Position numbers and translations under genes: made by a program. From an uncultured Acidobacteriota bacterium (GTDB lineage Bacteria; Acidobacteriota; JAQAZP01): DNA of 64,000 nucleotides. This document shows positions 18,770 to 28,929 of this stretch, in pieces; the stretch's first letter is position 1, and each line of letters starts with the position of its first letter. The stretch spans positions 225,002 through 289,001 of the forward strand of contig CAWIIB010000001.1 of assembly GCA_963836075.1 (NCBI GenBank), in the 5' to 3' direction. The notes beneath the pieces are model-generated. The model ran no database searches and was not told the origin of the DNA. It saw only the letters and a program-made list of their open reading frames with translations.

Positions 18770-21019
18770 GTGGAAGAGAAACTCGGAGTATTCATCTGCA
18801 CCGGATACGGCATCGGCGAAGCGCTGGATGTGGAGGCGCTGCAGAAGGTGGCCACCGGTGAGTACAAGGCAGCCGTCTGTGAAACCATCGATTCCTGTGC
18901 CGCGGAGGACCTGCAGAAGCTGCGGGCCGCCGCCGTTGAGCAGCAGCTGACCCATGTGGTGCTGGCCGGACGCTCCGGCCGGTCCTACGCTGCCGGCGAC
19001 CTGCCCGACGGTATCGCGGTGGAAACAGTCAACCTGCTGGAGTGGGTTGTGCTGACCCATCCCGCCGGCGACGAGGACACCCAGGCCATGGCGGAGGACT
19101 ACCTCCGCATGGGAATCGTCCGTGTGAAAAAGACCAGCCCCGCCGCGCTATTCGAGGAGCATGACCGCCTGTGCAGGACCATCATGGTGGTGGGCGGCGG
19201 CATCGCCGGCCTCACCGCGGCGCGGGAGGCCGCCGATGCCGGCTACCAGGTGGTGCTGGTGGAGAAGGAAAAGGAACTTGGCGGCTACATGAAAAAGCTG
19301 CACCGCTCCATCCCCACCCGCCCGCCGTACCGCGAGCTGGAGGAAACCGGCATCGAGGCCCTGGTGCAGGCGGTCACCGCCCACCAGAACATCACCGTGC
19401 ACAGCGGAACCACGATCAAGGAGACCCTTGGCGCCCCGGGCCTGTTCACGGTGACCCTCGACGGTGACGGCGCCGGAACGCTGGAGGTGGGCACCTTTGT
19501 CCAGGCCACCGGGTTCCGCCCGGCCGAGCCGGAAAATTTCGAGCACCTGGGGTACGGAAAACTGGCCAACGTGATCACCAACCACCAGCTGGAGGAGATG
19601 GCGGCCAACGGGGGCATCAAGCGTCCGTCGGACGGCGCCGCGGTGAAGAACGTGGCTTTTGTTCAGTGCGGCGATTCCCGAAATCCCGAGACCTTCTCCT
19701 ACGCCTCGGCGATCATGTCGCTCAACGCACTGAAGCAGGCGCTATACGTGCGCGAACAGGGCGAGGACGCCAAGGCCTACGTCTTCTTCGAGCACCTGCG
19801 CACACCCGGCCAGCTCGAAGATTTCTATCGCCGGGTCCAGGAGGACCCCGGTGTCTTCCTCACCCGCGGATCGGTGGATTCGGTGGCCGAGAGTGGCGGT
19901 GGCCTGACCCTGCAGGTCAAGGACACGATGATCGGCGAGGAGATCTCCGTCGAGGTGGACATGCTGGTCCTCAACTCCGGCATGGTCCCTGTGGCCGCCG
20001 ACGGCGAGGCGATCCGCAAGCTGGAAGACTCCAAGGCCATCGTGGCCAAGGGGCCGGAAGATGCCAAGTACAAGGACTCGGTGAAGCGGGTGGAAGAGCT
20101 GGCCAGCCACGAAGGCACGGCTATTCTCAATCTCAACTACCGCCAGGGTCCGGACATGCCGGCGCTGAAGCACGGCTACCCCGACTCGCATTTCATCTGC
20201 TTCCCCTACGAGACCCGGCGCACCGGCGTTTACGCCGCCGGGGCGGTCCGCTCGCCGATGAACGGCAACAGCGCCGCCGAGGATGGCATGGGCGCCGCGC
20301 TGAAAGCGATCCAGGCCGTGGAGATGCTCTCCCGCGGCGAGACGGTGCACCCCCGGGCCGGCGATGTGTCCTTCCCGCACTTCTCCCTCGAGCGTTGCAC
20401 ACAGTGCAAGCGTTGCACCGAGGAGTGCCCCTTCGGCGCCATCAACGAGGACGCCAAGGGAACGCCGGAATACAACGTCACCCGCTGCCGTCGCTGCGGC
20501 ATCTGTCTCGGCGCCTGCCCGGAACGGATCATCAATTTCCCCGACTACGGCGTGGCGCCGGTGGCCGAGATGATCAAGGCCGTGGAGGTGCCCGACGAGT
20601 ACGAGGAGAAGCCCCGGGTGCTGGTGCTGGCCTGCGAGAACGACGCCCTGCCGGCCCTGGAGCGGGCGGCAAACCACGGCCTGTCCTACAGCGGTTTCGT
20701 GCGGGTGATCCCGGTGCGCTGCCTCGGCAGCTGCAACGTGGTCTGGATCAAGGAAGCCATCTCGGTGGGTTTTGACGGTGTGCTGCTGCTGGGCTGCAAG
20801 TGGGGTGACGATTACCAGTGCCACTACATCAAGGGCAGCGAGCTGATGAACACCCGCGGTGACAACATCAAGGAAACCCTGCAGCAGATGTCCATGGAGA
20901 ACGAGCGCGTCCAGCTGCACCAGGTGGAAATCACCGACTACCGGAAGGTGGTCACCCTGATCGAGGAGTTCATGGAAATGATCGAAGAGATCGGCATGAA
21001 CCCCTTCAAGGGCATGTAG
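18770..21019 (+). CDS. qmoB: QmoB, HdrA-like flavoprotein with C-terminal MvhD-like/ferredoxin domains
   Basis: 749 aa with a second FAD fold (IMVVGGGIAGLTAAREAAD), 2x[4Fe-4S] (CTQCKRCTEECP, CRRCGICLGACP) and an MvhD-like C-terminus. Confidence 0.9.
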   Translation: MEEKLGVFICTGYGIGEALDVEALQKVATGEYKAAVCETIDSCAAEDLQKLRAAAVEQQLTHVVLAGRSGRSYAAGDLPDGIAVETVNLLEWVVLTHPAGDEDTQAMAEDYLRMGIVRVKKTSPAALFEEHDRLCRTIMVVGGGIAGLTAAREAADAGYQVVLVEKEKELGGYMKKLHRSIPTRPPYRELEETGIEALVQAVTAHQNITVHSGTTIKETLGAPGLFTVTLDGDGAGTLEVGTFVQATGFRPAEPENFEHLGYGKLANVITNHQLEEMAANGGIKRPSDGAAVKNVAFVQCGDSRNPETFSYASAIMSLNALKQALYVREQGEDAKAYVFFEHLRTPGQLEDFYRRVQEDPGVFLTRGSVDSVAESGGGLTLQVKDTMIGEEISVEVDMLVLNSGMVPVAADGEAIRKLEDSKAIVAKGPEDAKYKDSVKRVEELASHEGTAILNLNYRQGPDMPALKHGYPDSHFICFPYETRRTGVYAAGAVRSPMNGNSAAEDGMGAALKAIQAVEMLSRGETVHPRAGDVSFPHFSLERCTQCKRCTEECPFGAINEDAKGTPEYNVTRCRRCGICLGACPERIINFPDYGVAPVAEMIKAVEVPDEYEEKPRVLVLACENDALPALERAANHGLSYSGFVRVIPVRCLGSCNVVWIKEAISVGFDGVLLLGCKWGDDYQCHYIKGSELMNTRGDNIKETLQQMSMENERVQLHQVEITDYRKVVTLIEEFMEMIEEIGMNPFKGM

Positions 21020-21029
21020 GGCAGGGACA

Positions 21030-22145
21030 ATGAGTACCACAGCAGATCTCCAGTTCGCCAACGACGTGATCCGCGCCGGCGGGTCGGAGGTGATGAAATG
21101 CTACCAGTGCGCCACCTGCTCGGCGGTGTGCGAACTGGCGCCGGTGGACAAGCCGTTTCCGCGCAAGGAGATGATCTGGGCCCAGTGGGGGCTGCAGGAG
21201 CGGCTGATCGGCGATCCCGACGTCTGGCTCTGCCACCAGTGCAACGACTGCACCGTGCACTGCCCGCGAGGCGCCAAGCCGGCGGACGTGATGTCGGCGG
21301 TACGGCAGCTGAGCATCGAGCATTACGCGGTACCCCGGGCCCTGGCCCGGATGGTCAACAAACCCGGCATGCTGCCGCTGCTGCTGGCCATCCCGTCGCT
21401 GGTCATCGGGCTTATATTGATTCTGCTGTACGCCGGCGGGGTGATCGAGCTGGGCGGCCACGAGGTGGAATATGCCAAGATGTTTCCCCACGCCTGGCTC
21501 AACGGCAGCTTCACCATCTTCTTCTTTGTCGCCTGCGGGGCGCTGTTCGTCGGTTTGCGCCGCTTCTGGAACGACATGGACCGGCTGGCCCCGGCAACCG
21601 GGGCGGATCGCAAACCGCTGATCGGCTCGCTGATCGGGCTGCTGCTGGAGTTCATTGCGCACAGCCGTTTCGGCAAGTGCACCGACGACCACTATCGCAA
21701 ACTGTCCCACCTGGGGGTGGTTTTCGGTTTCGCCGGCCTGCTGCTGGTCACCGCCGTGGCCATCGTTTACATCCTGCTGCACCTGCCCTATCCCATGGCC
21801 CAGACCAACCCGTTCAAGATCCTCGGCAACCTCAGTGCCCTGGCCATGCTCAGCGGCCTGCTGGTGCTGATCTTCAAGCGTTTCGAAAAACGTGACACCG
21901 CCCGGGGCAGCACCTACTTTGACTGGTCCTTCCTCGTGCTGCTGCTGCTGGTGGTGGTCACAGGTCTGCTCACCGAGGCGGCCCGGCTGGTGGGCGTGGC
22001 TGCCGTGGCCTATCCGGTCTACTATGTGCACCTGGTTATCATCTGGTCACTCTTCGTCTATGCGCCCTATTCCAAAATGGCCCACCTGGCCTACCGGCTC
22101 ACCGCGCTGCTGCACGCCCGGGTCAATGGCAGGGAGGAGGTCTGA
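21030..22145 (+). CDS. qmoC: QmoC, HdrC/HdrE-fusion membrane subunit (Fe-S plus heme b)
   Basis: N-terminal 2x[4Fe-4S] (CYQCATCSAVC, CHQCNDCTVHCP) followed by a NarI-like membrane domain. Confidence 0.9.
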   Translation: MSTTADLQFANDVIRAGGSEVMKCYQCATCSAVCELAPVDKPFPRKEMIWAQWGLQERLIGDPDVWLCHQCNDCTVHCPRGAKPADVMSAVRQLSIEHYAVPRALARMVNKPGMLPLLLAIPSLVIGLILILLYAGGVIELGGHEVEYAKMFPHAWLNGSFTIFFFVACGALFVGLRRFWNDMDRLAPATGADRKPLIGSLIGLLLEFIAHSRFGKCTDDHYRKLSHLGVVFGFAGLLLVTAVAIVYILLHLPYPMAQTNPFKILGNLSALAMLSGLLVLIFKRFEKRDTARGSTYFDWSFLVLLLLVVVTGLLTEAARLVGVAAVAYPVYYVHLVIIWSLFVYAPYSKMAHLAYRLTALLHARVNGREEV

Positions 22146-22160
22146 GGACCTGAAACACCG

Positions 22161-23915
22161 ATGAAGAACAGCATCCAAGTGGAACAGCTCCGCAGCCTGG
22201 AGAAAAAACTGCGCGATTCCTTTCCTTCCCGCTCCCTCTGGGACGGCCTGGCCGACGTGATCCCCGACGCCATGTTCGTCATGGACGAGGACCGCCGGAT
22301 CATTTACTGGAGCGGAAGGGCGGAGGAGATGACCGGGTTCACCCCCGGGGACGTGCTGGGCAAGAACTGCTGTGCCGACGAGCGGTGCAACAACTGCCCC
22401 AAGGGTTGCCCGTTGTTCCAGGAGGGTTCGATGAACAACCTGGAAGGCATTTTTGCCACCAAGGACGGGCGGGTGATCCCGGTGCTGAAGAACGGTCTGC
22501 TGTTCCGCAACCGCCGGGGGCGGATCCTCGGCGCGGTGGAAACCATCCGCGACATCTCCATCGAGGAGCAGACCAGCCAGAGTCTGGCCCGGGAGCAGGT
22601 GCGTTTCGATTCGCAGAAACGTCTGTTGGAGTCGGTGATCGGCGCGGTGTCCGAAGGGGCGGTGGCCATCGACCGTGACCTGCAGATCATCAGCTTCTCC
22701 CGTCAGGCCTCGGAGATCAGCGGGGTAGCGGTGGAGGATGCCATCGGCGCCAAGTGCTGCGACATCCTGCGCAACCCGCTCTGCGAGGAGCAGTGCCCGA
22801 TGCAGCACCTGGCCGATCACCGGACCAGGCAGCCCGGGCTGCCCACCCGGATCAGCGGCGCCGGCGGCGACAGCATTCCGGTCACCGAGTCGGTGGTGCC
22901 GATCTTCATGGAGGGCAAGCTCAGCGGCGGGATCATCATCCTGCGCGACATGCGGGCCGAGGAAAAGCTGGCCCTGGAACAGATGCGCAGCGGGCAGCTG
23001 GACGAGATGATCGGCCGTTCCAGCGCGATGCAGAACATCTTCTATCTCATCGACCGGCTGGCCGAAATCGACACTCCGGTCTGTCTGGTGGGGGAGGCCG
23101 GAACCGGGCGGGATATCGTCGCCCGGACCCTGCACCGCAAGAGTGTTCGGTCCGAGGGCCAGCTGCGCAGCATCGACTGCGGCCTGCTTCCCGAGCACCT
23201 GCTGGAGAGCGAGTTTTTCGGGCATCTCAAGGGCGCCCTGCCCGGGGCGGTGCGCGACAAGGTCGGGCAGCTGGAACTGGCCCACCGGGGTACGCTGTAC
23301 GTGGCCCAGGTGGAAAAGCTGCCCCGGCCGCTGCAGAAGAAGCTCGTGCGGTTTCTCGAGACCGGGGAATTCACCAAGGTGGGCGGCAAGAACAGTATCG
23401 AAAGCGACGTGCGGATGATCTGCGCCTTCAACGAGGATTTCGAATCCCTGGTGCAAGAGGGACGCATCGGCAAGGACCTCTATGACGCCGTGTGCGGAAT
23501 CGTGATCAACATCCCGCCGCTGCGCGACCGCCGACTGGACATCGAACTGCTGGTGGTCCACTTTCTCAAGAGCCAGGACGTCTCGGGGATCGGTGAAACC
23601 CAGGCGAAGAAGATATCCGCCGGCGCCCTGCGGGCCCTGGTCCGCTACCCCTGGCCCGGCAACGTTCGAGAACTGCGTAACGTCCTCGACTACGCGGTAT
23701 CGGTCTGCTCGGGAACGACGATCAACCTCAACGATTTGCCACCGGAGATCATCAGCTCGCTGGTTCCCAGCGACGATTCCGGTGAGGACGATGAACGGAC
23801 CCGGATCCTCCGCGCCCTGGAGGAAACCCACTGGCGCCGTTCGGAAGCGGCCCAGGCCCTGGGAATGGACCGTTCCACCCTCTGGAGAAAGATGAAATCC
23901 TTCGGTCTCTGCTGA
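22161..23915 (+). CDS. sigma54-dependent Fis-family transcriptional regulator with two Cys-rich PAS-like sensor domains
   Basis: AAA+ sigma54-interaction domain (GEAGTGRD…GAFTGA-like region, ESEFFGH) and a C-terminal Fis HTH (RSEAAQALGMDRSTLWRKM). The N-terminal PAS-like region carries the Cys-rich motifs CCADERCNNCPKGCP and CCDILRNPLCEEQCP. The gene starts 16 nt after qmoC. Confidence 0.8.
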   Translation: MKNSIQVEQLRSLEKKLRDSFPSRSLWDGLADVIPDAMFVMDEDRRIIYWSGRAEEMTGFTPGDVLGKNCCADERCNNCPKGCPLFQEGSMNNLEGIFATKDGRVIPVLKNGLLFRNRRGRILGAVETIRDISIEEQTSQSLAREQVRFDSQKRLLESVIGAVSEGAVAIDRDLQIISFSRQASEISGVAVEDAIGAKCCDILRNPLCEEQCPMQHLADHRTRQPGLPTRISGAGGDSIPVTESVVPIFMEGKLSGGIIILRDMRAEEKLALEQMRSGQLDEMIGRSSAMQNIFYLIDRLAEIDTPVCLVGEAGTGRDIVARTLHRKSVRSEGQLRSIDCGLLPEHLLESEFFGHLKGALPGAVRDKVGQLELAHRGTLYVAQVEKLPRPLQKKLVRFLETGEFTKVGGKNSIESDVRMICAFNEDFESLVQEGRIGKDLYDAVCGIVINIPPLRDRRLDIELLVVHFLKSQDVSGIGETQAKKISAGALRALVRYPWPGNVRELRNVLDYAVSVCSGTTINLNDLPPEIISSLVPSDDSGEDDERTRILRALEETHWRRSEAAQALGMDRSTLWRKMKSFGLC

Positions 23916-24148
23916 AACCGGGACCGTTTCGCCCGCTGCCGGGGGACAATACCCTGCCTCTGGCCCGATTCCGGGCCACAATCAGGTCACAAGCAACGCG
24001 ATGTTGCACTTCCCTGACCCGGGCATGACTTTTTGATATAAAGCTGTAAAGTGTTACAAGTAATATTATTAAACCTCATGCCACATTGCTGCCTTTTGTG
24101 ATAACAACATATTTTGCAACAGAATATTCACCGCGTTGGTCGAAATGC

Positions 24149-24177
24149 TTGACAGGTGGTCACGCTTGGAGTATAAA
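24149..24177 (+). promoter_or_regulatory. near-consensus sigma70 promoter for dsrC (TTGACA-17-TATAAA)
   Basis: TTGACA at 24149-24154, a 17-bp spacer, and TATAAA at 24172-24177, in a locally AT-rich 360-bp intergenic region. It leaves a ~95-nt leader carrying a small hairpin (GGCGCCtcgGGCGC) before the AAAGGAG RBS. Confidence 0.6.
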
Positions 24178-24278
24178 CGGTCTCCATAGAGTTGGATTTT
24201 CATGTACCGTGTTTTGAATCGGGCATTATTTCAATCTTGGATTTGGCGCCTCGGGCGCTCATCAAAAGGAGTTTATAG

Positions 24279-24596
24279 ATGCCAGTTTTTGAATTCGATG
24301 GACAGGAGATCGAGGTCGACGAGGACGGGTTCATCCAGAATCCCGATGTCTGGAACGACGACATCGCCGCGGCGCTGGCCAAGACCGAGGGTGTCGACGA
24401 ACTGACCGAAGACCACTGGAAGCTGGTCCGCTACCTCCGGGACTACTACCTGCAGTTCGGTATCGCCCCCATGATCCGCAAGCTCTGCAAGGCCACCGGC
24501 TTCTCGCTGAAGACCGTTTACGAACTGTTCCCCAGCGGCCCGGCAAAGGGTGCCTGCAAGGTGGCTGGTCTGCCCAAGCCCACCGGCTGTGTGTAA
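24279..24596 (+). CDS. dsrC: DsrC, dissimilatory sulfite reductase-associated sulfur-carrier protein (TusE/DsrC family)
   Basis: 105 aa ending …KGACKVAGLPKPTGCV, with the two conserved C-terminal arm cysteines. An AAAGGAG RBS lies 7 nt upstream. Confidence 0.9.
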   Translation: MPVFEFDGQEIEVDEDGFIQNPDVWNDDIAAALAKTEGVDELTEDHWKLVRYLRDYYLQFGIAPMIRKLCKATGFSLKTVYELFPSGPAKGACKVAGLPKPTGCV

Positions 24597-24656
24597 ACGG
24601 CATTCAGGTATTTGACGTATTCCCGAAGATGAGAGAAAACCGAGAAGGGAGTTGTG

Positions 24657-25886
24657 ATGGCTGAACCGAAGAAATACGACACCCCCTTGCTGGACGAGCT
24701 TGAAAAGGGTGCCTTTCCCAGCTTCGTGACCGAGATCAAGCGGATGGCCGAGCGCAAGCCGATGGCCGCCGACCTGCTGGGCCAGCTGGAGAAATCGTAT
24801 CGCGACAAGATCGGCTACTGGAAGCATGGCGGCCTGGTTGGCGTGATGGGTTACGGCGGCGGCGTGATCGGCCGCTATTCCGCCCAGAACGAAGAGTTCC
24901 CTGAGGTGTCCCACTTCCACACCATCCGGGTCAACCAGCCCTCCGGCTGGTTCTACAGCACCGAGAAACTGCGCCTGCTCTGCGACATCTGGGACCGCCA
25001 CGGTTCCGGCCTGACCAACATGCACGGCTCCACCGGCGACATCGTCTTCCTCGGCACGCGCACCGAAGAGCTGGAGCCGATCTTCTCCGAGCTGACCGAG
25101 AACGGGTTCGACCTCGGCGGTTCCGGGTCCTGCATGCGGACTCCCAGCTGCTGCGTGGGACCGGGCCGCTGCGAGTGGGCGCTCTACGACACCCTGGCCC
25201 TGACCTACCAGCTGACCATGGACTTCCAGGACGAGATGCACCGTCCGCCGTTCCCCTACAAGTTCAAGTTCAAGATGGCCGGCTGCCCCAACGACTGCGT
25301 GGCCTCCATCGCCCGCGCCGACATGTCGATCATCGGCACCTGGCGGGACGAGATCAAGATCGATGCCGCCGCCCTGAAGAGCGAGTATATCGACAAGGGC
25401 AAAGACATCCAGTCCGACGTGGTCGACATGTGTCCCACCGGCTGCATGAAGTTCGACGGCGAAACCCTGGACATCGACAACGCCAACTGCACCAAGTGCA
25501 TGCACTGCATCAACGTGCTGCACCACGCACTGGCTCCCGGCGATGATCGCGGCGCCTGTATCCTGGTCGGTTCCAAGGCCCCCATCGTCGAGGGCGCGCT
25601 GCTCTCCTCGGTGATCGTGCCCTTCATCAAGCTGGAAACGCCCAAGGAGGGTGAGGATCCCTATCCCGAACTGATGGACCTCGTCGAGAGGATGTGGGAC
25701 TTCTGGGGTGAGAACGGCAAGAACCGTGAGCGGATCGGCGAGATGATCCAGCGGATCGGCCTGGGGAACTTCCTCGACGAGATCGAGGTGGACCCGATTC
25801 CGGAGATGATCGTGCATCCCCGGACCAACCCCTACATCTTCTTCGAAGAGTATTACGAGGACGATGACGAGGACGACGAGGAATAG
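24657..25886 (+). CDS. dsrA: dissimilatory sulfite reductase alpha subunit
   Basis: Siroheme/[4Fe-4S] binding Cys clusters ([31 protein letters not shown]) and an AAGGGAG RBS. Confidence 0.9.
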   Translation: MAEPKKYDTPLLDELEKGAFPSFVTEIKRMAERKPMAADLLGQLEKSYRDKIGYWKHGGLVGVMGYGGGVIGRYSAQNEEFPEVSHFHTIRVNQPSGWFYSTEKLRLLCDIWDRHGSGLTNMHGSTGDIVFLGTRTEELEPIFSELTENGFDLGGSGSCMRTPSCCVGPGRCEWALYDTLALTYQLTMDFQDEMHRPPFPYKFKFKMAGCPNDCVASIARADMSIIGTWRDEIKIDAAALKSEYIDKGKDIQSDVVDMCPTGCMKFDGETLDIDNANCTKCMHCINVLHHALAPGDDRGACILVGSKAPIVEGALLSSVIVPFIKLETPKEGEDPYPELMDLVERMWDFWGENGKNRERIGEMIQRIGLGNFLDEIEVDPIPEMIVHPRTNPYIFFEEYYEDDDEDDEE

Positions 25887-25955
25887 ATCGTCGCTCCACC
25901 AGGATCGACTTACGTAGGAGATTTCAGTTTAAGATAGAGCAAATGGAGGTTTTCC

Positions 25956-27041
25956 ATGGCTGACGAACCCGCCAAAAGAATTACCGATATCGGACCGCCG
26001 CACTACAGCGAGATGCTGCCGCCGATGATCAAAGAGAACCTGGGCAAGTGGAAGGATCACGAGATCGTCACCCCGGGCATCATGTATCACGTGGCCGAAT
26101 CCGGGGACAAGCTGTACACCGTGCGCGTGGCCTCTCCGCGGATCCTCTCCGTGGACCGGATCACGGACATCTGCGACCTGGCCGACAAGCACTGCGAAGG
26201 CTATCTGCGCTTCACCAGCCGCAACAATGTGGAATTCCTGGTCAGCGACGAATCGAAACTGCAGCCGCTGATCGACGACCTGAACAAGGATCCGTTCTTT
26301 GTCATCGGCGGCATGGGCAACGGTATTTCCAACATCGTCCACACCCAGGGCTGGGTGCACTGCCACTCCTCGGCCACCGATGCCTCGGGCATCGTCAAGT
26401 GCGTGATGGACGAGCTGCACGAGTACTTCAGCGAAACCAGGCTGCCGGGCAAGATCCGTATCGCCCTGGCCTGCTGTCTCAACATGTGCGGTGCGGTGCA
26501 CTGCTCGGACATCGCCATTCTCGGTGTGCACCGCCGCCCGCCGAGGATCGACAATGACAACCTGGACAAGATCTGCGAGATCCCCACAACCGTGGCCTCC
26601 TGTCCCACCGGCGCCATCCGGCCGGCCACCGTGGACGGCAAGGAGACGGTGGAGGTGGACGAGGACGCCTGCATGTTCTGCGCGAACTGCTACACCGTCT
26701 GCCCCTCGATGCCGCTCAATGACCCGCTGAACGACGGTATCTCCATCTGGGTTGGCGGCAAGGTGTCCAACGCCCGGTCCGAGCCGAAGTTCTCCAAGCT
26801 GGCCATTCCCTTCATTCCCAACAATCCGCCGCGCTGGCCCGAAGTGACCGAAGCGGTGAAGAATATCATCCAGGTCTACATCGACAACGCCAAACCCTAC
26901 GAGCGGATGGGCGAGATGATCGAGCGGATCGGCTGGCCGAAGTTCTTCGACCTCACCGGCATCGAGTTCACCAAGTATCACATCGATGACTTCAAACATG
27001 CAGGGACGACCTACAAGACGTCCACGCACCTGAGATACTAG
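25956..27041 (+). CDS. dsrB: dissimilatory sulfite reductase beta subunit
   Basis: 361 aa with ferredoxin-like ([17 protein letters not shown]) and siroheme-region motifs. It sits directly downstream of dsrA. Confidence 0.9.
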   Translation: MADEPAKRITDIGPPHYSEMLPPMIKENLGKWKDHEIVTPGIMYHVAESGDKLYTVRVASPRILSVDRITDICDLADKHCEGYLRFTSRNNVEFLVSDESKLQPLIDDLNKDPFFVIGGMGNGISNIVHTQGWVHCHSSATDASGIVKCVMDELHEYFSETRLPGKIRIALACCLNMCGAVHCSDIAILGVHRRPPRIDNDNLDKICEIPTTVASCPTGAIRPATVDGKETVEVDEDACMFCANCYTVCPSMPLNDPLNDGISIWVGGKVSNARSEPKFSKLAIPFIPNNPPRWPEVTEAVKNIIQVYIDNAKPYERMGEMIERIGWPKFFDLTGIEFTKYHIDDFKHAGTTYKTSTHLRY

Positions 27042-27052
27042 GGGGCAAGACC

Positions 27053-27295
27053 ATGGCTGATGTCAGCATCGAGCAGATTGCGGACGAGATGTTCAAGATG
27101 GTCGAAGACGCCTCCGGCAAGCGGAACTACAAGCCGGGCGACCTGGTCAAGGCCATGATGGCCAAGTTCGACGCGGACAAGAAGACCTGCAAGACTGCTC
27201 TGCGGACGCTGATGGACTCCGGCCGCTGTGTCTACGGATACTTCGGCGGAACTTCGGTCCAGTTGCCGCACAAGGAAGGCGCTGCGAACGACTAG
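27053..27295 (+). CDS. dsrD: DsrD (small winged-helix protein, marker of reductive-type Dsr)
   Basis: 80 aa in the conserved position after dsrB, with a lysine-rich winged-helix-like sequence (…KPGDLVKAMMAKFDADKKTCKTALRTLMDSGRCVYGYFGG…). Confidence 0.8.
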   Translation: MADVSIEQIADEMFKMVEDASGKRNYKPGDLVKAMMAKFDADKKTCKTALRTLMDSGRCVYGYFGGTSVQLPHKEGAAND

Positions 27296-27304
27296 CGTAT
27301 GCTG

Positions 27305-27346
27305 GCCGGCGGGGCTCCCGCGGGGGTCCCGCCGGCTGATTTTCCC
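27305..27346 (+). terminator. GC-rich hairpin followed by TGATTTTCC after dsrD; candidate intrinsic terminator
   Basis: GCCGGCGGG…CCCGCCGGC stem with a nested CCCGCGGG palindrome, then a T-run. Confidence 0.5.
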
Positions 27347-27438
27347 TCCGCTCCTGCAGGGGTGTGGGCCCACCTTCGCCGTTGCCCGCGCGGGTTTGCG
27401 GAGGGCCCGGGACCACGGGCCCGGCGCCGGAGCCGGAG

Positions 27439-28848
27439 ATGCGAGAACACTGCCCACGAGTTATGATCGCCGGAATGGGCGGTGATTCGGGTAAGACACT
27501 TCTCTCCCTCGGCCTTCTTTCCTCCTGGCGCCGTGACGGCCTGCGCATCGCTCCGTTTAAAAAAGGTCCCGACTATATCGACGCGGCATGGCTGGCCCGG
27601 CTGTCCGGTGCGGCCTGTCGCAATCTCGATACGTTCCTGATGGGTGACGCTGAGGTGCGTTCCGCCTTTTTCACCCATTCCCGGGGCGTGGATGCGGCCC
27701 TGGTGGAAGGAAACAGGGGACTGTTCGACGGGATCGACGCCGGCGGGCGGCACAGCAGCGCCGAACTGGCCAAGCTGCTGGACACGCCGGTGCTGCTGGT
27801 GGTTGGTGTGCGGAAGGTGACCCGTACCGTGGCCGCCTGGCTGCTGGGGTGCCGGGCGCTGGATCCCGAGCTGAAGATCGCCGGGGTGGTGCTCAACCGG
27901 GTGGCCGGGACGCGTCACGAAAGGGTGGTCAGGGAATCGATCGAATCGATATGTGACCTGCCGGTTGTGGGGGCACTGCCGGTTTTGCCCGAGGGCAGCC
28001 TGCTCCCCGATCGTCATCTGGGGCTGGTCACCCCGGCGGAAAACGACCGTGTTGTGGAGATGGAGGAGCGGCTGGCCGGCATCATCGGCCGCTATGTCGA
28101 TTGCGCCGCCGCCCTGGACCTGGCCCGCCAGGCGCTTCCGCTGGACCTGCCGGAGCGATCAGGGCCTGGAGAGACGACGAGCAGTGGGGAAGGGGTCCGG
28201 ATTGCCTACTTCAGCGATTCGGCCTTCACCTTCTACTACCCGGAGAACCTCGAAGCCCTGGAGAAGCTGGGGGCGGAACTGCTGCCGCTGTCGAGCCTGG
28301 AGTCCACCCGGCTACCCCGGTCCGTGGATGCGCTCTATATCGGCGGAGGGTTTCCGGAGACCCACGCTTCACGCATCGCCGGCAACCGGGGGCTGTTCCA
28401 GTCCCTGGAGCAAGAGGTCGGGCTGGGGCTGCCGGTCTATGCCGAGTGCGGCGGGCTGATTTACCTCGCCCGTGCACTGCGCTGGCAGGGCCGGGAGTAT
28501 CCCATGGCCGGTGTGCTGCCGGTGACCGTGGAACTGGAGCAGCGACCGGCCGGGCACGGATATTGCCGGGTGGGGGTGGACCGCGACAACCCGTTCTTCC
28601 CGGTGGGCACCGAGCTCACCGGACACGAGTTTCACTACTCTCGCGTAGTGGAACAGGGAGTCGACCCCCGGACGGTGTTCAAGGTGCTTCGAGGCTCCGG
28701 AGCGGTGAGCGGGCGGGACGGGCTGGTCAGGGACAACGTGCTGGCCACCTATCTTCACCTGCACGCCCGGGGCACGCCGGCCTGGGCGGCGGGACTGGTT
28801 GGCGCTGCCCGGCGGTTCAGAAAAGAGAGTACGGTGATTAACGAGTAG
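27439..28848 (+). CDS. dsrN: DsrN, cobyrinic acid a,c-diamide synthase homolog (putative siroheme amidase)
   Basis: CbiA/CobB family: an N-terminal P-loop (IAGMGGDSGKT) and a C-terminal glutamine amidotransferase domain (YAECGGLIYL). It sits after dsrABD, as in other sulfate reducers. The start is uncertain, with alternatives at 27364 and 27463. Confidence 0.75.
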   Translation: MREHCPRVMIAGMGGDSGKTLLSLGLLSSWRRDGLRIAPFKKGPDYIDAAWLARLSGAACRNLDTFLMGDAEVRSAFFTHSRGVDAALVEGNRGLFDGIDAGGRHSSAELAKLLDTPVLLVVGVRKVTRTVAAWLLGCRALDPELKIAGVVLNRVAGTRHERVVRESIESICDLPVVGALPVLPEGSLLPDRHLGLVTPAENDRVVEMEERLAGIIGRYVDCAAALDLARQALPLDLPERSGPGETTSSGEGVRIAYFSDSAFTFYYPENLEALEKLGAELLPLSSLESTRLPRSVDALYIGGGFPETHASRIAGNRGLFQSLEQEVGLGLPVYAECGGLIYLARALRWQGREYPMAGVLPVTVELEQRPAGHGYCRVGVDRDNPFFPVGTELTGHEFHYSRVVEQGVDPRTVFKVLRGSGAVSGRDGLVRDNVLATYLHLHARGTPAWAAGLVGAARRFRKESTVINE

Positions 28849-28929
28849 CGAGTTGTTGACCGAGCAGGGCCGGGGCGGGCGCTACCCGCTGCCGGCGCTT
28901 ACACGAACAGAAACTGAGGTGACCTGCAA

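Noticed and set aside
19742-21061. 439-aa minus-strand ORF antisense to qmoB, with the 369-aa plus-strand alternative-frame ORF at 19666..20775.
   Set aside because: Both are out-of-frame shadows of qmoB, whose Fe-S and FAD motifs are in the annotated frame.
28849-28929. GC hairpin GCGGG-cgcta-CCCGC after dsrN, considered as a terminator.
   Set aside because: The stem is only 5 bp, with no T-tract. The evidence is too weak to call.
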